The notes: a model not told the origin generated them from the letters alone. A stretch of 32,000 bases of DNA from Pseudomonas aeruginosa (GCF_001457615.1 NZ_LN831024.1:810001-842000); one strand, 5' to 3'. Numbered from the stretch's first letter, positions 8,936 to 18,067 are shown. Program-made: numbers and translations.

Positions 8936-9467
8936 GAATCGACTCCTTCAGTTTGGGGAGGGCAACTTCCTTAATCGTTCGCGTGGCGAAAGATATGCAG
9001 GGGTGACGGAGTCGTTCAAATATTTTTTATATTCGTTTCTGCTAGCTATTAAATATGAAGAAGCGTTTATGGATAGCAGAATAGATAGCTATTCCCCTCA
9101 CTTGTCATTGATGTTGGAGTGCTCTCTCTACCAACTAAAGTTTGGTCTGGAGTGCCGCTATAGAGCCTTCGGCTTGCTTCATAGAGGTGCTGGGTGTAGT
9201 GCGCGAGTGCTTTGCTGGTGCATCTGTCGATGTGATCGGGTTAACGAAATCCGGATTTTCAAGTTATCCGGTTTGACCAGTCCTGAATATAAGGCTGGGT
9301 GAATCTTTTATTCATCGCTCGGAAAACGTTCCGATGTCGGCTTGGTTGAATTCCAGGATATCCGGCTTATGGTCGTATCAGTCATCTTTATAATCGCGGG
9401 GCATATATAGAGCCCTGGCCGCTTACCATTACTCCAGGGTTTTCCAGGATACGCCTCCGTCTTTGTT
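8936..9467. promoter_or_regulatory. Long AT-rich intergenic region upstream of piv (candidate regulatory region)
   Basis: By hand count GC is about 33% in 9001-9060 and 40% in 9061-9120, inside an otherwise highly GC-rich segment. It holds small dyads GAATAG-ATAG-CTATTC (9079-9094) and ACCAA-N7-TTGGT (9130-9146). Confidence 0.55.
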
Positions 9468-10391
9468 TCAGAGCGGCGGATGCAACGGCGGCGCATGCCG
9501 CGCGATCAGTTCGGCGACCCACTCGATGAACACCCGCAGCTTGCCGCTGACGTGGCGGTTCGGCGGGAACGCCAGGTACAGCGGCATCGGCTCCAGGCTC
9601 CAGTCCTCGAACAGCGGCAGCAGCTCGCCGCGGGCGAGGGGCTCGCGCGCCATGTAGTGCGGCAGCCAGAGGATGCCCAGGCCGGCCAGCCCGGCCGCCA
9701 GGTAGGCGTTGCCGTCGTCCACCGCCAGCACATGACGGCCCGCCACCCGCAGGCATTCCTCGCCCCTGCGCATGGCGTAGGGCAGGGCCTTGCCGGTGCG
9801 CGCCCAGAGGAAGCCGACGATACGCTGGTGGCTGTCCTCCAGTTCGCGCGGGTGGCTCGGCACGCCGGCGCGCTGCAAGTAGGCCGGTGCCGCGTAGACC
9901 CCCAGTTGCAGGTCGCCGACCCGCCGCGCCATCAGCGACTGGTCGCGCAGTTCGCCGCCGCGGATGACGCAATCGACGTTCTCGTCGATCAGGTCGACGA
10001 GCCGATCGCTCACGCCCAGGTCGATCTGGATCTCCGGATAGCGCGCATGGAACTCGGGCAACGCCGGGATCAGCAGCAGCCGCGCCAGCGGGCTCGGTAC
10101 GTCGATCCGGAGACGCCCGCGGGGCGCCAGGGCGGCGCTGGAGAGGCTGGTCTCGGCATCGTCCAGTTCCGCCAGCAGACGTACCACCCGCTCGTAGTAG
10201 GCGGCGCCGTCGGCGGTCAGGTTGAGCTTGCGCGTGGTGCGGTTGAGCAGGCGTACCCGCAGCCGCGCTTCCAGTTGCTGGACCAACTGGGTGACGCTGG
10301 TGCGGCTCATGTGCAGCGTCTCCGCCGCCTTGGTGAAGCTGCCGGTCTCCACCACACGGGCAAAGGCCTGCATCGCATCGAAACGGTCCAT
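9468..10391 (-). CDS. LysR-family transcriptional regulator
   Basis: MDRFDAMQAFARVVETGSFTKAAETLHMSRTSVTQLVQQLEARLRVRLLNRTTRKLNLTADGAAYYERV is a canonical LysR HTH. Confidence 0.96.
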   Translation of the reverse strand: MDRFDAMQAFARVVETGSFTKAAETLHMSRTSVTQLVQQLEARLRVRLLNRTTRKLNLTADGAAYYERVVRLLAELDDAETSLSSAALAPRGRLRIDVPSPLARLLLIPALPEFHARYPEIQIDLGVSDRLVDLIDENVDCVIRGGELRDQSLMARRVGDLQLGVYAAPAYLQRAGVPSHPRELEDSHQRIVGFLWARTGKALPYAMRRGEECLRVAGRHVLAVDDGNAYLAAGLAGLGILWLPHYMAREPLARGELLPLFEDWSLEPMPLYLAFPPNRHVSGKLRVFIEWVAELIARHAPPLHPPL

Positions 10392-10531
10392 CGGGACTCC
10401 GGGTCGTCGGGGATTGTTTGGATTCTACAAACAGTCATGGCCAGGGTTGCGCGTTTATCCACGGCGCGCACGACCTTACCGTTCTTCCATCGACGATGAC
10501 GGGGCCGGGAGCCCCAGGATGGAGGTATCGC

Positions 10532-10930
10532 ATGACTGTACGCGACGTGGTTTTCCCCGCCGGCCGCCAGGCCCTCTACGAGCGCAACCGCTATTCCCCG
10601 GCGGTCCGCAGCGACGGCCTGCTGTTCGTCTCCGGCCAGGTCGGCAGCCGCGACGACGGCTCTCCCGAACCCGAGCTGGAGACCCAGGTCCGCCGCGCCT
10701 TCGACAATCTGAATGCGGTGCTCGCCGCGGCCGGTTGCGGGTTCGACGATGTGCTCGACGTCACCGTGTTCATGGTCGACGCCGAGGCCAACTTCGAGCG
10801 CATCTGGAAGATCGTCCCGGAGTACTGGGGCGAGGCGCCGTACCCCACGCTGACGGCGGTGGGGGTGAACTGGCTGTATGGCTTCAGCTTCGAGATCAAG
10901 GTGGTGGCGAGGTTGCCGGAGGGGCGGTGA
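10532..10930 (+). CDS. RidA/YjgF-family protein
   Basis: MTVRDVVFPAGRQALYERNRYSPAVRSDGLLFVSGQVGSRDDG...DVLDVTVFMVD is RidA-like. ATG at 10532 preceded by GGAGG. Confidence 0.92.
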   Translation: MTVRDVVFPAGRQALYERNRYSPAVRSDGLLFVSGQVGSRDDGSPEPELETQVRRAFDNLNAVLAAAGCGFDDVLDVTVFMVDAEANFERIWKIVPEYWGEAPYPTLTAVGVNWLYGFSFEIKVVARLPEGR

Positions 10931-10961
10931 GAGCCGATGCGCAGTGCCGGGGCCAGCTCGG

Positions 10962-11762
10962 CTAGCGCCGGGGCTCTGAGGGACGCCGCAGGCTTACCCA
11001 GGCCGGCGCGTGGTCGCTGGCGTGCTCCTCGCCGCGCACCCAGCGATCCACCCCGGCGTCTTCCAGGTGGTCCGCCAGGCTGGCGCTGAGCAGCAGGTGG
11101 TCGATGCGCAGCCCGGCGTCGCGTTGCCAGTGCTGGCGGAAGTAGTCCCAGAAGGTATAGAGGCGCCGGTCGGGGAAACGCTGGCGTAGCGCGTCCACCC
11201 AGCCCTGCCGCAGGAGGCGCTCGAAGCACTCGCGGGACTCCGGCTGGAGCAGGGCGTCCTTTTTCCAGGAGCGGGTGTCGTAGATATCGAAGTCGCTGGG
11301 CACCACGTTGAAGTCGCCGGCCAGCACCACCGGATGGCCGCTCTCCATCAGCTCGGCGGCGTGTCGGATGAGGTGCTCGAACCAGGCCAGCTTGTAGTCG
11401 AACTTCGGTCCCGGCTGGGGATTGCCATTGGGCAGGTACAGGCTGGCCACCAGCAGGCCGTCGACGGCCGCTTCGAGGTAGCGGCTGTGGGGATCGCTGG
11501 CGTTGCCCGGCAGGCCGCGGCGTACCTCCAGCGGCTGGCTGTCGCGGGCGAGGATGGCGACGCCGTTCCACGCCGACTGGCCCTGCCAGATCGCGCCGTA
11601 TCCGGCCTTCTCCAGCGCCGCGGCGGGGAAGCGCGCGTCGGGCGTCTTCAGTTCCTGCAGGCAGACGATGTCCGGCGCTTCCCGCTCCAGCCAGGCCAGC
11701 AGCGCGGCCAGCCGGGTCTGGATGCCGTTGACGTTGAAGGTGGCGATCTTCAGGGTGTCCAC
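10962..11762 (-). CDS. Exonuclease III-family nuclease (AP endonuclease-like)
   Basis: LKIATFNVNGIQTRLAALLAWLEREAPDIVCLQELK...LAGDFNVVPSDFDIYD...RIDHLLLS...SDHAPAWV. Likely GTG start at 11762 (VDTLKIATFN). Confidence 0.93.
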   Translation of the reverse strand: MDTLKIATFNVNGIQTRLAALLAWLEREAPDIVCLQELKTPDARFPAAALEKAGYGAIWQGQSAWNGVAILARDSQPLEVRRGLPGNASDPHSRYLEAAVDGLLVASLYLPNGNPQPGPKFDYKLAWFEHLIRHAAELMESGHPVVLAGDFNVVPSDFDIYDTRSWKKDALLQPESRECFERLLRQGWVDALRQRFPDRRLYTFWDYFRQHWQRDAGLRIDHLLLSASLADHLEDAGVDRWVRGEEHASDHAPAWVSLRRPSEPRR

Positions 11763-11784
11763 CGGTCGCCTCCGCGAATGACGA

Positions 11785-12348
11785 TCAGGCGGCCGCCTGC
11801 AGGGCTTCGCCGATGGCTTCGTTGAACGCCTGCAAGTCACCCGGGTTGCGCGAGGTGATCAGGGTCCAGCCGTTCGCCGGGCAGACTTTCACCCGCGTGT
11901 CGACCCAGTCCGCGCCGGCGTTGGTCAGGTCGATACGCACGCTGGAATAGGAGGTCAGGGTCTTGCCGCGGGCGACACCGGCGTCGATCAGCAGCCAGGG
12001 GCCGTGGCAGATGGCGGCGACCGTCTTGCCTGCGTCGCTGAATTCCCTGACCAGGCGCCGGGCCTCGCTGTCCTGGCGTAGGGTGTCGGCATTCACCGTG
12101 CCGCCGGGGACCAGCAGCAAGTCGTAGTCCTCGGCGCGCAGGCCTTGCAGCCTGGCGTCGGAATTGACGATCAGGTCCTTCTCGCTGTCGTGCACCCAGG
12201 TCTGCGCTTCGCCGCCCTCGATGGTCGCGTGGGTGACCGTGGCGCCCTGTTGCTTCAGGGTCTTCAGCGGTTCGAGCAGCTCGTCGCGCTCGATGCCGGT
12301 GTTGGCGGTGATGACCAGGACGTTCTTGCCTTGCAGCTTCGCGCTCAT
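11785..12348 (-). CDS. DJ-1/PfpI-family protein (type 1 glutamine amidotransferase-like)
   Basis: NVLVITANTGIERDELLEPLKTLKQQGATVTHATI...DYDLLLVPGGTVNADTLR...GKTVAAICHGPWLLIDAG with AICHG nucleophile elbow. Confidence 0.94.
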   Translation of the reverse strand: MSAKLQGKNVLVITANTGIERDELLEPLKTLKQQGATVTHATIEGGEAQTWVHDSEKDLIVNSDARLQGLRAEDYDLLLVPGGTVNADTLRQDSEARRLVREFSDAGKTVAAICHGPWLLIDAGVARGKTLTSYSSVRIDLTNAGADWVDTRVKVCPANGWTLITSRNPGDLQAFNEAIGEALQAAA

Positions 12349-12483
12349 GGTTTTCTCCTCTGCTGGGGCGCCCGTGGCGGGCGCCGTGGCGTGACATGCA
12401 GGAGAGTGGAAAGCTGGAGCGCCGGGGAGTTCGAAAGATTTGCCGGGCGGTGGGCCGGATCCTTGGCCTGTCAGCCTCCGGCG

Positions 12484-13371
12484 TCAGCGGAACAGCAGCG
12501 AATGATGCGCCGCGCCACCGGTGCGCGCGCCGTCGCCCACCGCGATGGCGACGTTGCCGGCCGGCAGCGCCGCGTCGCCGCAGGCGAAGACGCCGGGAAC
12601 GCTGGTTTCGCGCATGCCGTCGGTCCTGATGAACGGCCCGCTCGGGCCGTCCTCGAACTCGCAGCCGAGCAACGCCGCCAGCGGGCTGGCCATGCGCGTA
12701 CGCGGCTGGGTGAACAACCCCGCGAGCGTAATCGTGCGGCCACTGGCCAGGGTCACGTCGGCGCGCGCGCCGCCCAGCGCGACCACGGCTTCGCGCTCGA
12801 TCGTCACGCCGCGCCGGTCCAGCCTGGACATTTGCTCGGCATCCGGTTCGAAGACGCCGTTGAGGAAAAAGGTGGTCGCTCCCCAGTCGGGCAACATCAG
12901 GGCGTGGTGGATGGCCAGCGGCGAGGCCGCCAGTACGCCAATCGGCCCGCCGTCCAGTTCGTAGCCGTGGCAATACGGGCAATGGAACACGTGCCGTCCC
13001 CAGCGCTCGGCAAGACCGGGGATCTCCGGCAGCTCGTCGGCGACCCCGCTGGCGAGGATCAGCCGGCGCGCGGTGAAACGTTCTCCGTTGGCGGCCTTCA
13101 CCACGAAACCGTCCGCCTCCTTCTTCGCCGCGACGGCGGCTTCGGACAGCCACTCGACGCTGGGATAGGCCAGCAACTGCGCGCGGGCGTCATCGGCGAT
13201 GGCCGCCGGATCGCGGCCGTCCTGGCCGAGAAAGCCGTGGGAGGCCCGGGCGAAGCGGTTGCGTCGCAGTCCCGTATCCATCACCAGCACCCTGCGCCGC
13301 GCCCGCGCCAGTTGCATGCCCGCGGAGATGCCGGCGTAGCTGCCACCCACGATGATCACGTCGAAAGTCAT
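12484..13371 (-). CDS. NAD(P)/FAD-dependent oxidoreductase, thioredoxin-reductase-like
   Basis: MTFDVIIVGGSYAGISAGMQLARARRRVLVMDTG...FHCPYCHGYELDG...PGVFACGD. Start at 13371 has a GGGAGA RBS. Confidence 0.92.
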   Translation of the reverse strand: MTFDVIIVGGSYAGISAGMQLARARRRVLVMDTGLRRNRFARASHGFLGQDGRDPAAIADDARAQLLAYPSVEWLSEAAVAAKKEADGFVVKAANGERFTARRLILASGVADELPEIPGLAERWGRHVFHCPYCHGYELDGGPIGVLAASPLAIHHALMLPDWGATTFFLNGVFEPDAEQMSRLDRRGVTIEREAVVALGGARADVTLASGRTITLAGLFTQPRTRMASPLAALLGCEFEDGPSGPFIRTDGMRETSVPGVFACGDAALPAGNVAIAVGDGARTGGAAHHSLLFR

Positions 13372-13496
13372 GGCGTATCTCCCATTCGGATAGTCACGAA
13401 ACAACGTAAGTTTCATGAGATGCGCTTGTCAACGCTCTCGTAACTTTTTCTGTAGCGAGACATACTCATGGTCTTTCCGTCACGAGCCCGCCGTTC

Positions 13497-13925
13497 ATGA
13501 GAAACGACACCCGCCTCTCGCGCATGCTCCATGTGCTGATCCATATGGCCCGCCACGAAGGGCCGGCGACGTCCGAAGCCATCGGGCAGATGCTCGGCAC
13601 CAACCCGGTGGTGGTGCGACGGACCATGGCGCTGCTGAAGAACGAAGGCTACGTGAGTTCGGAGAAGGGCCATCGCGGCGGTTGGCGGCTGGCCAAGCCG
13701 TTGGCGGACATCACCTTGCTGGATATCCACCAGGCGCTGGGAGCGTCCTCGATCTTCGCCATCGGCCTGTCTACCGATCATCCGGAATGCCTGGTCGAGC
13801 AGGCGGTCAACGAAGCGCTCGGCGAGGCGTTCGAGGCGGCGCAGGCGTTGCTCCTGGAGCGCCTGGGGAGCGTCACGCTGGAGCAGTTGGCGAGCGAGTT
13901 CGAGCGCCGCTATCGGCCCTGCTGA
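13497..13925 (+). CDS. Rrf2-family transcriptional regulator
   Basis: MRNDTRLSRMLHVLIHMARHEGPATSEAIGQMLGTNPVVVRRTMALLKNEGYVSSEKGHRGGWRLAKPLADITLLDIHQAL is Rrf2 winged-helix. Only one Cys near the effector region. Confidence 0.93.
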   Translation: MRNDTRLSRMLHVLIHMARHEGPATSEAIGQMLGTNPVVVRRTMALLKNEGYVSSEKGHRGGWRLAKPLADITLLDIHQALGASSIFAIGLSTDHPECLVEQAVNEALGEAFEAAQALLLERLGSVTLEQLASEFERRYRPC

Positions 13926-13989
13926 GGCGCCTCGAAGGGCCGTTCGGACACCGCCGCCGCGCCTGCGGAGGCACGCCGGCGGTCCGGGA

Positions 13990-16398
13990 TCAGAGCGAGT
14001 ACTTCACCGTGAACATCAGGTTGCGCGGCTCGCCGTAGTTGAGGTTGCCGAAGTCGATGCCGCTGTAATAGTACTTGTCGAACAGGTTGTTGAAGTTCAG
14101 CCGCGTGTCGATCCGTTCGTTGACCTTGTAGCCGAGCATGGTGTTGACCACGGTGTAGCCGCCCTGCTGGAAACCGGTGCTGCTGTCCTCGGTCTTGCTC
14201 TGGGTGGCCAGGTCGCCGCCGACGCGCCATTTGTGCAGTTCGCCGGGTAGCGTATAGCTGGTGGCGAGCTTGAACAGGTGGCGTGGCTTGGCCGCGTCGA
14301 ATGGCTTGCCCTCGTTGGCCTTGTTGCTGTCGTGCTTGTACTTGGCGTCGACGTAGGTATAGCCGGCCATCATCTGCCAGTCGTCGCTCAGCGCACCGCT
14401 CAGCTCCAGGTCGACGCCCTGGCTGCGGACCTTGCCCGAAGCGCGCGAGCAATAGCGCGAGGTGGGGCTGAAGGGGCATGGCGAGGGGCCGCCGACGTCC
14501 TCGGTGGCGCGGTTTTCCTGGTCGATCTGGAACAGCGCGATCTGCGAATTGAGCGCGCCGCCGAAGTGTTCGCCCTTCAGGCCGATCTCGTAGTTCTTGC
14601 CGGTGATCGGGTCGAGCAGGCCGCCGCCGGCGTCGAAGTTGCTCTGCGGCTTGAAGATGTCGGTATAGCTGGCGTAGACCGAGTAGGTCTGGTTCAGGTC
14701 GTAGATCACCCCGGCATAGCGGGTGACGTTGCGGGTGACCTTGTAGCTGTCGGTATCGGCGTCGGCCTTGTACCAGTCCAGGCGCCCGCCGAGGATCACT
14801 TTCAGCGGGTCGGCGAGGTTCAACCGGGTGGTGAGGTAGGCGCCTTTCTGTTCCTGGTCGAGCTTCATGCCCCACAGGCTGGTGTTCAGCCTCGGCTTGA
14901 GAGTCGAGCTCGGGTCCCACTGGGTCGGGTCCATCGGCCCGGTGGGGGTGCCGTCCTTGTTGAACAGGCTGCCCCAGCCGCCGTGGCCGTCGAAGCGTTC
15001 CTGGCGATAGCTGGCGCCGACCACCAGCTCGTGCTCGCGGCCGAGCAACTGGAAGGGACCGTTGGCATAGGCGTCATAGCTGTCGTGGTCGTCGGTGTAG
15101 CTGTAGTCGCCGGGGTTCTGGGTCATGCTGGCGCAGCCGGTGGTCGAGTAGTAGCAGTCGTTGTACAGCCCGAGCATGTTGATTCGCGCCCACAGCTTGT
15201 CGGCGGCCAGCTTCATCTGCCAACCGTTGGCGAAGCGGTGGGTCAGGTCGCTGAACAGGTGGGTGGTGTCGGTATCCCAGTAGGACCAGTCGGCGCCGTA
15301 ATAGGACGAGCGCTTGAGGTCCAGGTGGCGGCCGCCCAGCGGGCTGGGCAGGCCTACCCAGTTGTCGTTGCGGTTGTCGTTCTGGTTCGAGGCGCCGATG
15401 GCGAAGGTGGTGTCCGGGCTCAGGTCGGCTTCGGCGATCCCGTAGAACACGCCGCGTTCGCTGCTGACGTGGTCCTGGAAGCTGTTGCCTTTCTGGTAGG
15501 CGACCACCGCGCGGCCGCGCAGGGTTCCTTCGCTGTTCAGCGGGCCGGAAACGTCGGCCTCGCTGCGATAGCGGTCCCAGGTGCCGACGCTGCCTTGCAG
15601 GGAGGCGCGGAAGTCCTGGGTCGGACGCTTGCGCACCATGTTGATCGCCGCCGCCGGGTTGCCTGCGCCCTGCATCAGTCCGGTGGCGCCGCGCACCACT
15701 TCGACGCGGTCGAACATGGCCAGGTCGGCGGCGGAAATGACGTCCTGGGTATAGGTGGAAATGCTCGTCGGCAGGCCGTCGTACATGATGTTGTCGACGT
15801 CGAAGCCGCGCGCCGCGTACTTCACCCGGGCCGGCCCGTACTGTTGCACGGTGAGGCCGGTGACGCCCTTCACCGCGTCGTTGAGGTCGCGCATGCCCTG
15901 GTCGTCCATGCGCTGGCGGGTGACCACGCTGACCGACTGAGGGGTCTCGCGGATCGACATCGCCAGCTTGGTCGAGGTGCGCATCGCCCGCGTGGTGTAG
16001 GAGCCGCTGTCTTCGGTGATGGCGGCGGTGGCCGGGTCCTGGGTGGCGACCACGCTGAGCGCGCCGAGGTCGACGCTGTCGCCGGGGGCGATGCCGGCAC
16101 CTGTCGCCGCGGCCTCGACCCAGGCGTCGCCGCCCCGTACCTCCCCGCTCAGTCCGGAACCTGCGAGCAGACGCTGCAGTGCCTCGCTTGGCTCCAGCGT
16201 GCCGCGTAGGGCCGGTGCGCGCCGGTCGGCCACGGCCGCGCGGTCGAAACGGATGCGCAGGCCGCTGGCGCCCTGCAATTGCTCGAGGGATGCGGCCAGG
16301 GGCTGGGCGGGAAGGTCAAGGGCGATGGGAGCGGCCTGGGCGGCCAGGGAAAGCGAGGAGAGACCGAGCAATAACGCACTGGAAACGACGTGTTTCAT
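13990..16398 (-). CDS. fpvB: TonB-dependent ferric-pyoverdine receptor with N-terminal STN domain
   Basis: 802 aa. N-terminal STN-like IALDLPAQPLAASLEQLQGASGLRIRFD..., TonB box/plug SIRETPQSVSVVTRQRMDDQGMRDLNDAVKGVTG, C-terminus NYGEPRNLMFTVKYSL. Recognised as FpvB by recall of the locus. Confidence 0.88.
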   Translation of the reverse strand: MKHVVSSALLLGLSSLSLAAQAAPIALDLPAQPLAASLEQLQGASGLRIRFDRAAVADRRAPALRGTLEPSEALQRLLAGSGLSGEVRGGDAWVEAAATGAGIAPGDSVDLGALSVVATQDPATAAITEDSGSYTTRAMRTSTKLAMSIRETPQSVSVVTRQRMDDQGMRDLNDAVKGVTGLTVQQYGPARVKYAARGFDVDNIMYDGLPTSISTYTQDVISAADLAMFDRVEVVRGATGLMQGAGNPAAAINMVRKRPTQDFRASLQGSVGTWDRYRSEADVSGPLNSEGTLRGRAVVAYQKGNSFQDHVSSERGVFYGIAEADLSPDTTFAIGASNQNDNRNDNWVGLPSPLGGRHLDLKRSSYYGADWSYWDTDTTHLFSDLTHRFANGWQMKLAADKLWARINMLGLYNDCYYSTTGCASMTQNPGDYSYTDDHDSYDAYANGPFQLLGREHELVVGASYRQERFDGHGGWGSLFNKDGTPTGPMDPTQWDPSSTLKPRLNTSLWGMKLDQEQKGAYLTTRLNLADPLKVILGGRLDWYKADADTDSYKVTRNVTRYAGVIYDLNQTYSVYASYTDIFKPQSNFDAGGGLLDPITGKNYEIGLKGEHFGGALNSQIALFQIDQENRATEDVGGPSPCPFSPTSRYCSRASGKVRSQGVDLELSGALSDDWQMMAGYTYVDAKYKHDSNKANEGKPFDAAKPRHLFKLATSYTLPGELHKWRVGGDLATQSKTEDSSTGFQQGGYTVVNTMLGYKVNERIDTRLNFNNLFDKYYYSGIDFGNLNYGEPRNLMFTVKYSL

Positions 16399-16526
16399 CT
16401 GCAGTGTCCTGGATGGCGGCGCAGGCAGGCCGTTGGCGCGACCGGCTGCGTTTCTTGTTTATGTGGGAAACCGGCGTAGGAATTCGCGGCGGGGCAAGTG
16501 TATGTAAATGTAAAAATGGAGTAAAT

Positions 16527-16545
16527 GATAGAGATTATCGTTATC
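16527..16545. promoter_or_regulatory. Fur box upstream of fpvB
   Basis: GATAGAGATTATCGTTATC matches the consensus GATAATGATAATCATTATC at 15/19 positions and lies about 130 bp upstream of the fpvB start. Confidence 0.82.
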
Positions 16546-16740
16546 AGCAGTATTCGCAGGAATCCGATGAACTGCGTCCTGCCAGCGGCTGACGGGGATT
16601 TCCGCTGGATACCTCCCGTGAAGGCCGTCTGGATTCGTGACTCCAGCGCAAATGAATTTGCTCGATTCGGGTCTTAATCGAAGAGATGTAAGCCGCCACA
16701 CTGCGCTTCATTCGAGCCATCCCGCCCACGGAGCGCAGCC

Positions 16741-17559
16741 ATGTCGTCCACCATCCACCCCCTCCCGTCCTTCGGTCTCGGCACCTTCCGCCTTACCGGC
16801 CAGGTCGTCGTCGACTCGGTGCGCAGCGCCCTCGAACTGGGCTATCGCGCCATCGATACCGCGCAGATCTACGGCAACGAGGCGGATATCGGCCGCGCGA
16901 TCGCCGAGAGCGGCGTACCGCGTTCCGAGCTGTTCCTCACCACCAAGGTCTGGGTCGACAACTACGCCCGCGAAAAGCTGCTCGCCAGCCTGCGCGAGAG
17001 TCTGGAGAAACTGCGCACCGACCGGTTGGACCTGGTCCTGATCCATTGGCCGGCACCCGGCAACGGCGTCGAGCTGGCGGAGTACATGGCGGCGCTGGCG
17101 GAAGCCAAGTCCCTGGGCCTGACCCGGCGGATCGGCGTCTCCAACTTCAACATCGAACTGACCCGCCAGGCCATCGCCGCGGTCGGTGCGGGCGAGATAT
17201 CCACCAACCAGATCGAACTCAGCCCTTACTTGCAGAACCGCGCGCTGACCGCCTACCTCGAGGAGCAGGGCATCGCGGTCACCTCGTACATGACCCTGGC
17301 CTACGGCAAGGTGCTGAAGGACCCGACGCTGGCCGGGATAGCCGCCAGGCACCGGGCCACGGTCGCCCAGGTGGCGCTGGCCTGGGCGATGCAACTGGGC
17401 TACGCGGTGATTCCGTCCTCGACCCGCCGCGAGAACCTCGCCAGCAACCTGCTGGCGCGCGACCTGCGCCTGGACGCCGAGGACATGGCGCGCATCGCCG
17501 GCCTCGAGCGTAACGGCCGCGAGGTCAGTCCGCAGGGCCTGGCGCCGGCCTGGGACTGA
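16741..17559 (+). CDS. dkgB: Aldo/keto reductase (2,5-didehydrogluconate reductase B-like)
   Basis: [61 protein letters not shown]...RIGVSNFN...[10 protein letters not shown] closely resembles DkgB. Confidence 0.88.
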   Translation: MSSTIHPLPSFGLGTFRLTGQVVVDSVRSALELGYRAIDTAQIYGNEADIGRAIAESGVPRSELFLTTKVWVDNYAREKLLASLRESLEKLRTDRLDLVLIHWPAPGNGVELAEYMAALAEAKSLGLTRRIGVSNFNIELTRQAIAAVGAGEISTNQIELSPYLQNRALTAYLEEQGIAVTSYMTLAYGKVLKDPTLAGIAARHRATVAQVALAWAMQLGYAVIPSSTRRENLASNLLARDLRLDAEDMARIAGLERNGREVSPQGLAPAWD

Positions 17560-17608
17560 GAACCGCGTCGAGGGTCCGCCGCGCCGAGGCTCCGGTCGCG
17601 CGGCCGGT

Positions 17609-18067
17609 TCAGAGCTCGATGCGGTATTCGATCACCCCCGGCTTGTCCGCCACCCAGTCGTACAGGCGCTGCGCCCTGTGGTTGCTTTCCTGGGTATGCC
17701 AGTAGAGCCGCGCGCAGCGACGTTCCTCGGCCTGCCGGCGGACGTACTCGATCAACTGCTTGCCGATCTGCTGGCCGCGCACGTCGGGCGAGACATAGAG
17801 GTCTTCCAGGTAGCAGACGTCCTGTGCCGCCCAGGTCGAGCGGTGGTAGAGGAAGTTGACGATGCCATGCAGGCGGCTACCGTCGGTGGCCACGGCGCAG
17901 TGCATCGGTTCGCCCTCGTCGAAGAAGCGCCGCCAGGTGGCCTCGGTGGCCTGTGCCGAGAGTTCGACTTCATAGAACGCCTGGTAGGCCTTCCAGTATT
18001 CGAGCCACTGCTCGAAGTCCTCGTGTGCCACGGGGCGTACCGATACCAGTGTGTGCAGGGATTGCAT
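17609..18067 (-). CDS. GNAT-family N-acetyltransferase
   Basis: MQSLHTLVSVRPVAHEDFEQWLEYWKAYQAFYEVEL...CYLEDLYVSPDVRGQQIGKQLIEYVRRQAEERRCARLYWHTQESNHRAQRLYDWVADKPG. Start at 18067. Confidence 0.93.
   Translation of the reverse strand: MQSLHTLVSVRPVAHEDFEQWLEYWKAYQAFYEVELSAQATEATWRRFFDEGEPMHCAVATDGSRLHGIVNFLYHRSTWAAQDVCYLEDLYVSPDVRGQQIGKQLIEYVRRQAEERRCARLYWHTQESNHRAQRLYDWVADKPGVIEYRIEL

Noticed and set aside
8934-8990. Peptide [10 protein letters not shown] resembling the N-terminus of tagaturonate reductase/mannitol dehydrogenase family proteins
   Set aside because: Only about 10 residues match and nothing downstream resembles the family; the same DNA encodes the piv RBS region, so coincidence is the better explanation.
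9130-9146. ACCAACTAAAGTTTGGT as a LasR/RhlR lux box for piv
   Set aside because: Arms are only 5 bp with a 7-nt centre and do not fit the CT-N12-AG lux-box pattern.
14278-16209. 643-aa + strand ORF antisense to fpvB
   Set aside because: Mirror frame of a bona fide receptor gene; composition (V/A/G/H-rich) is the usual antisense artefact.
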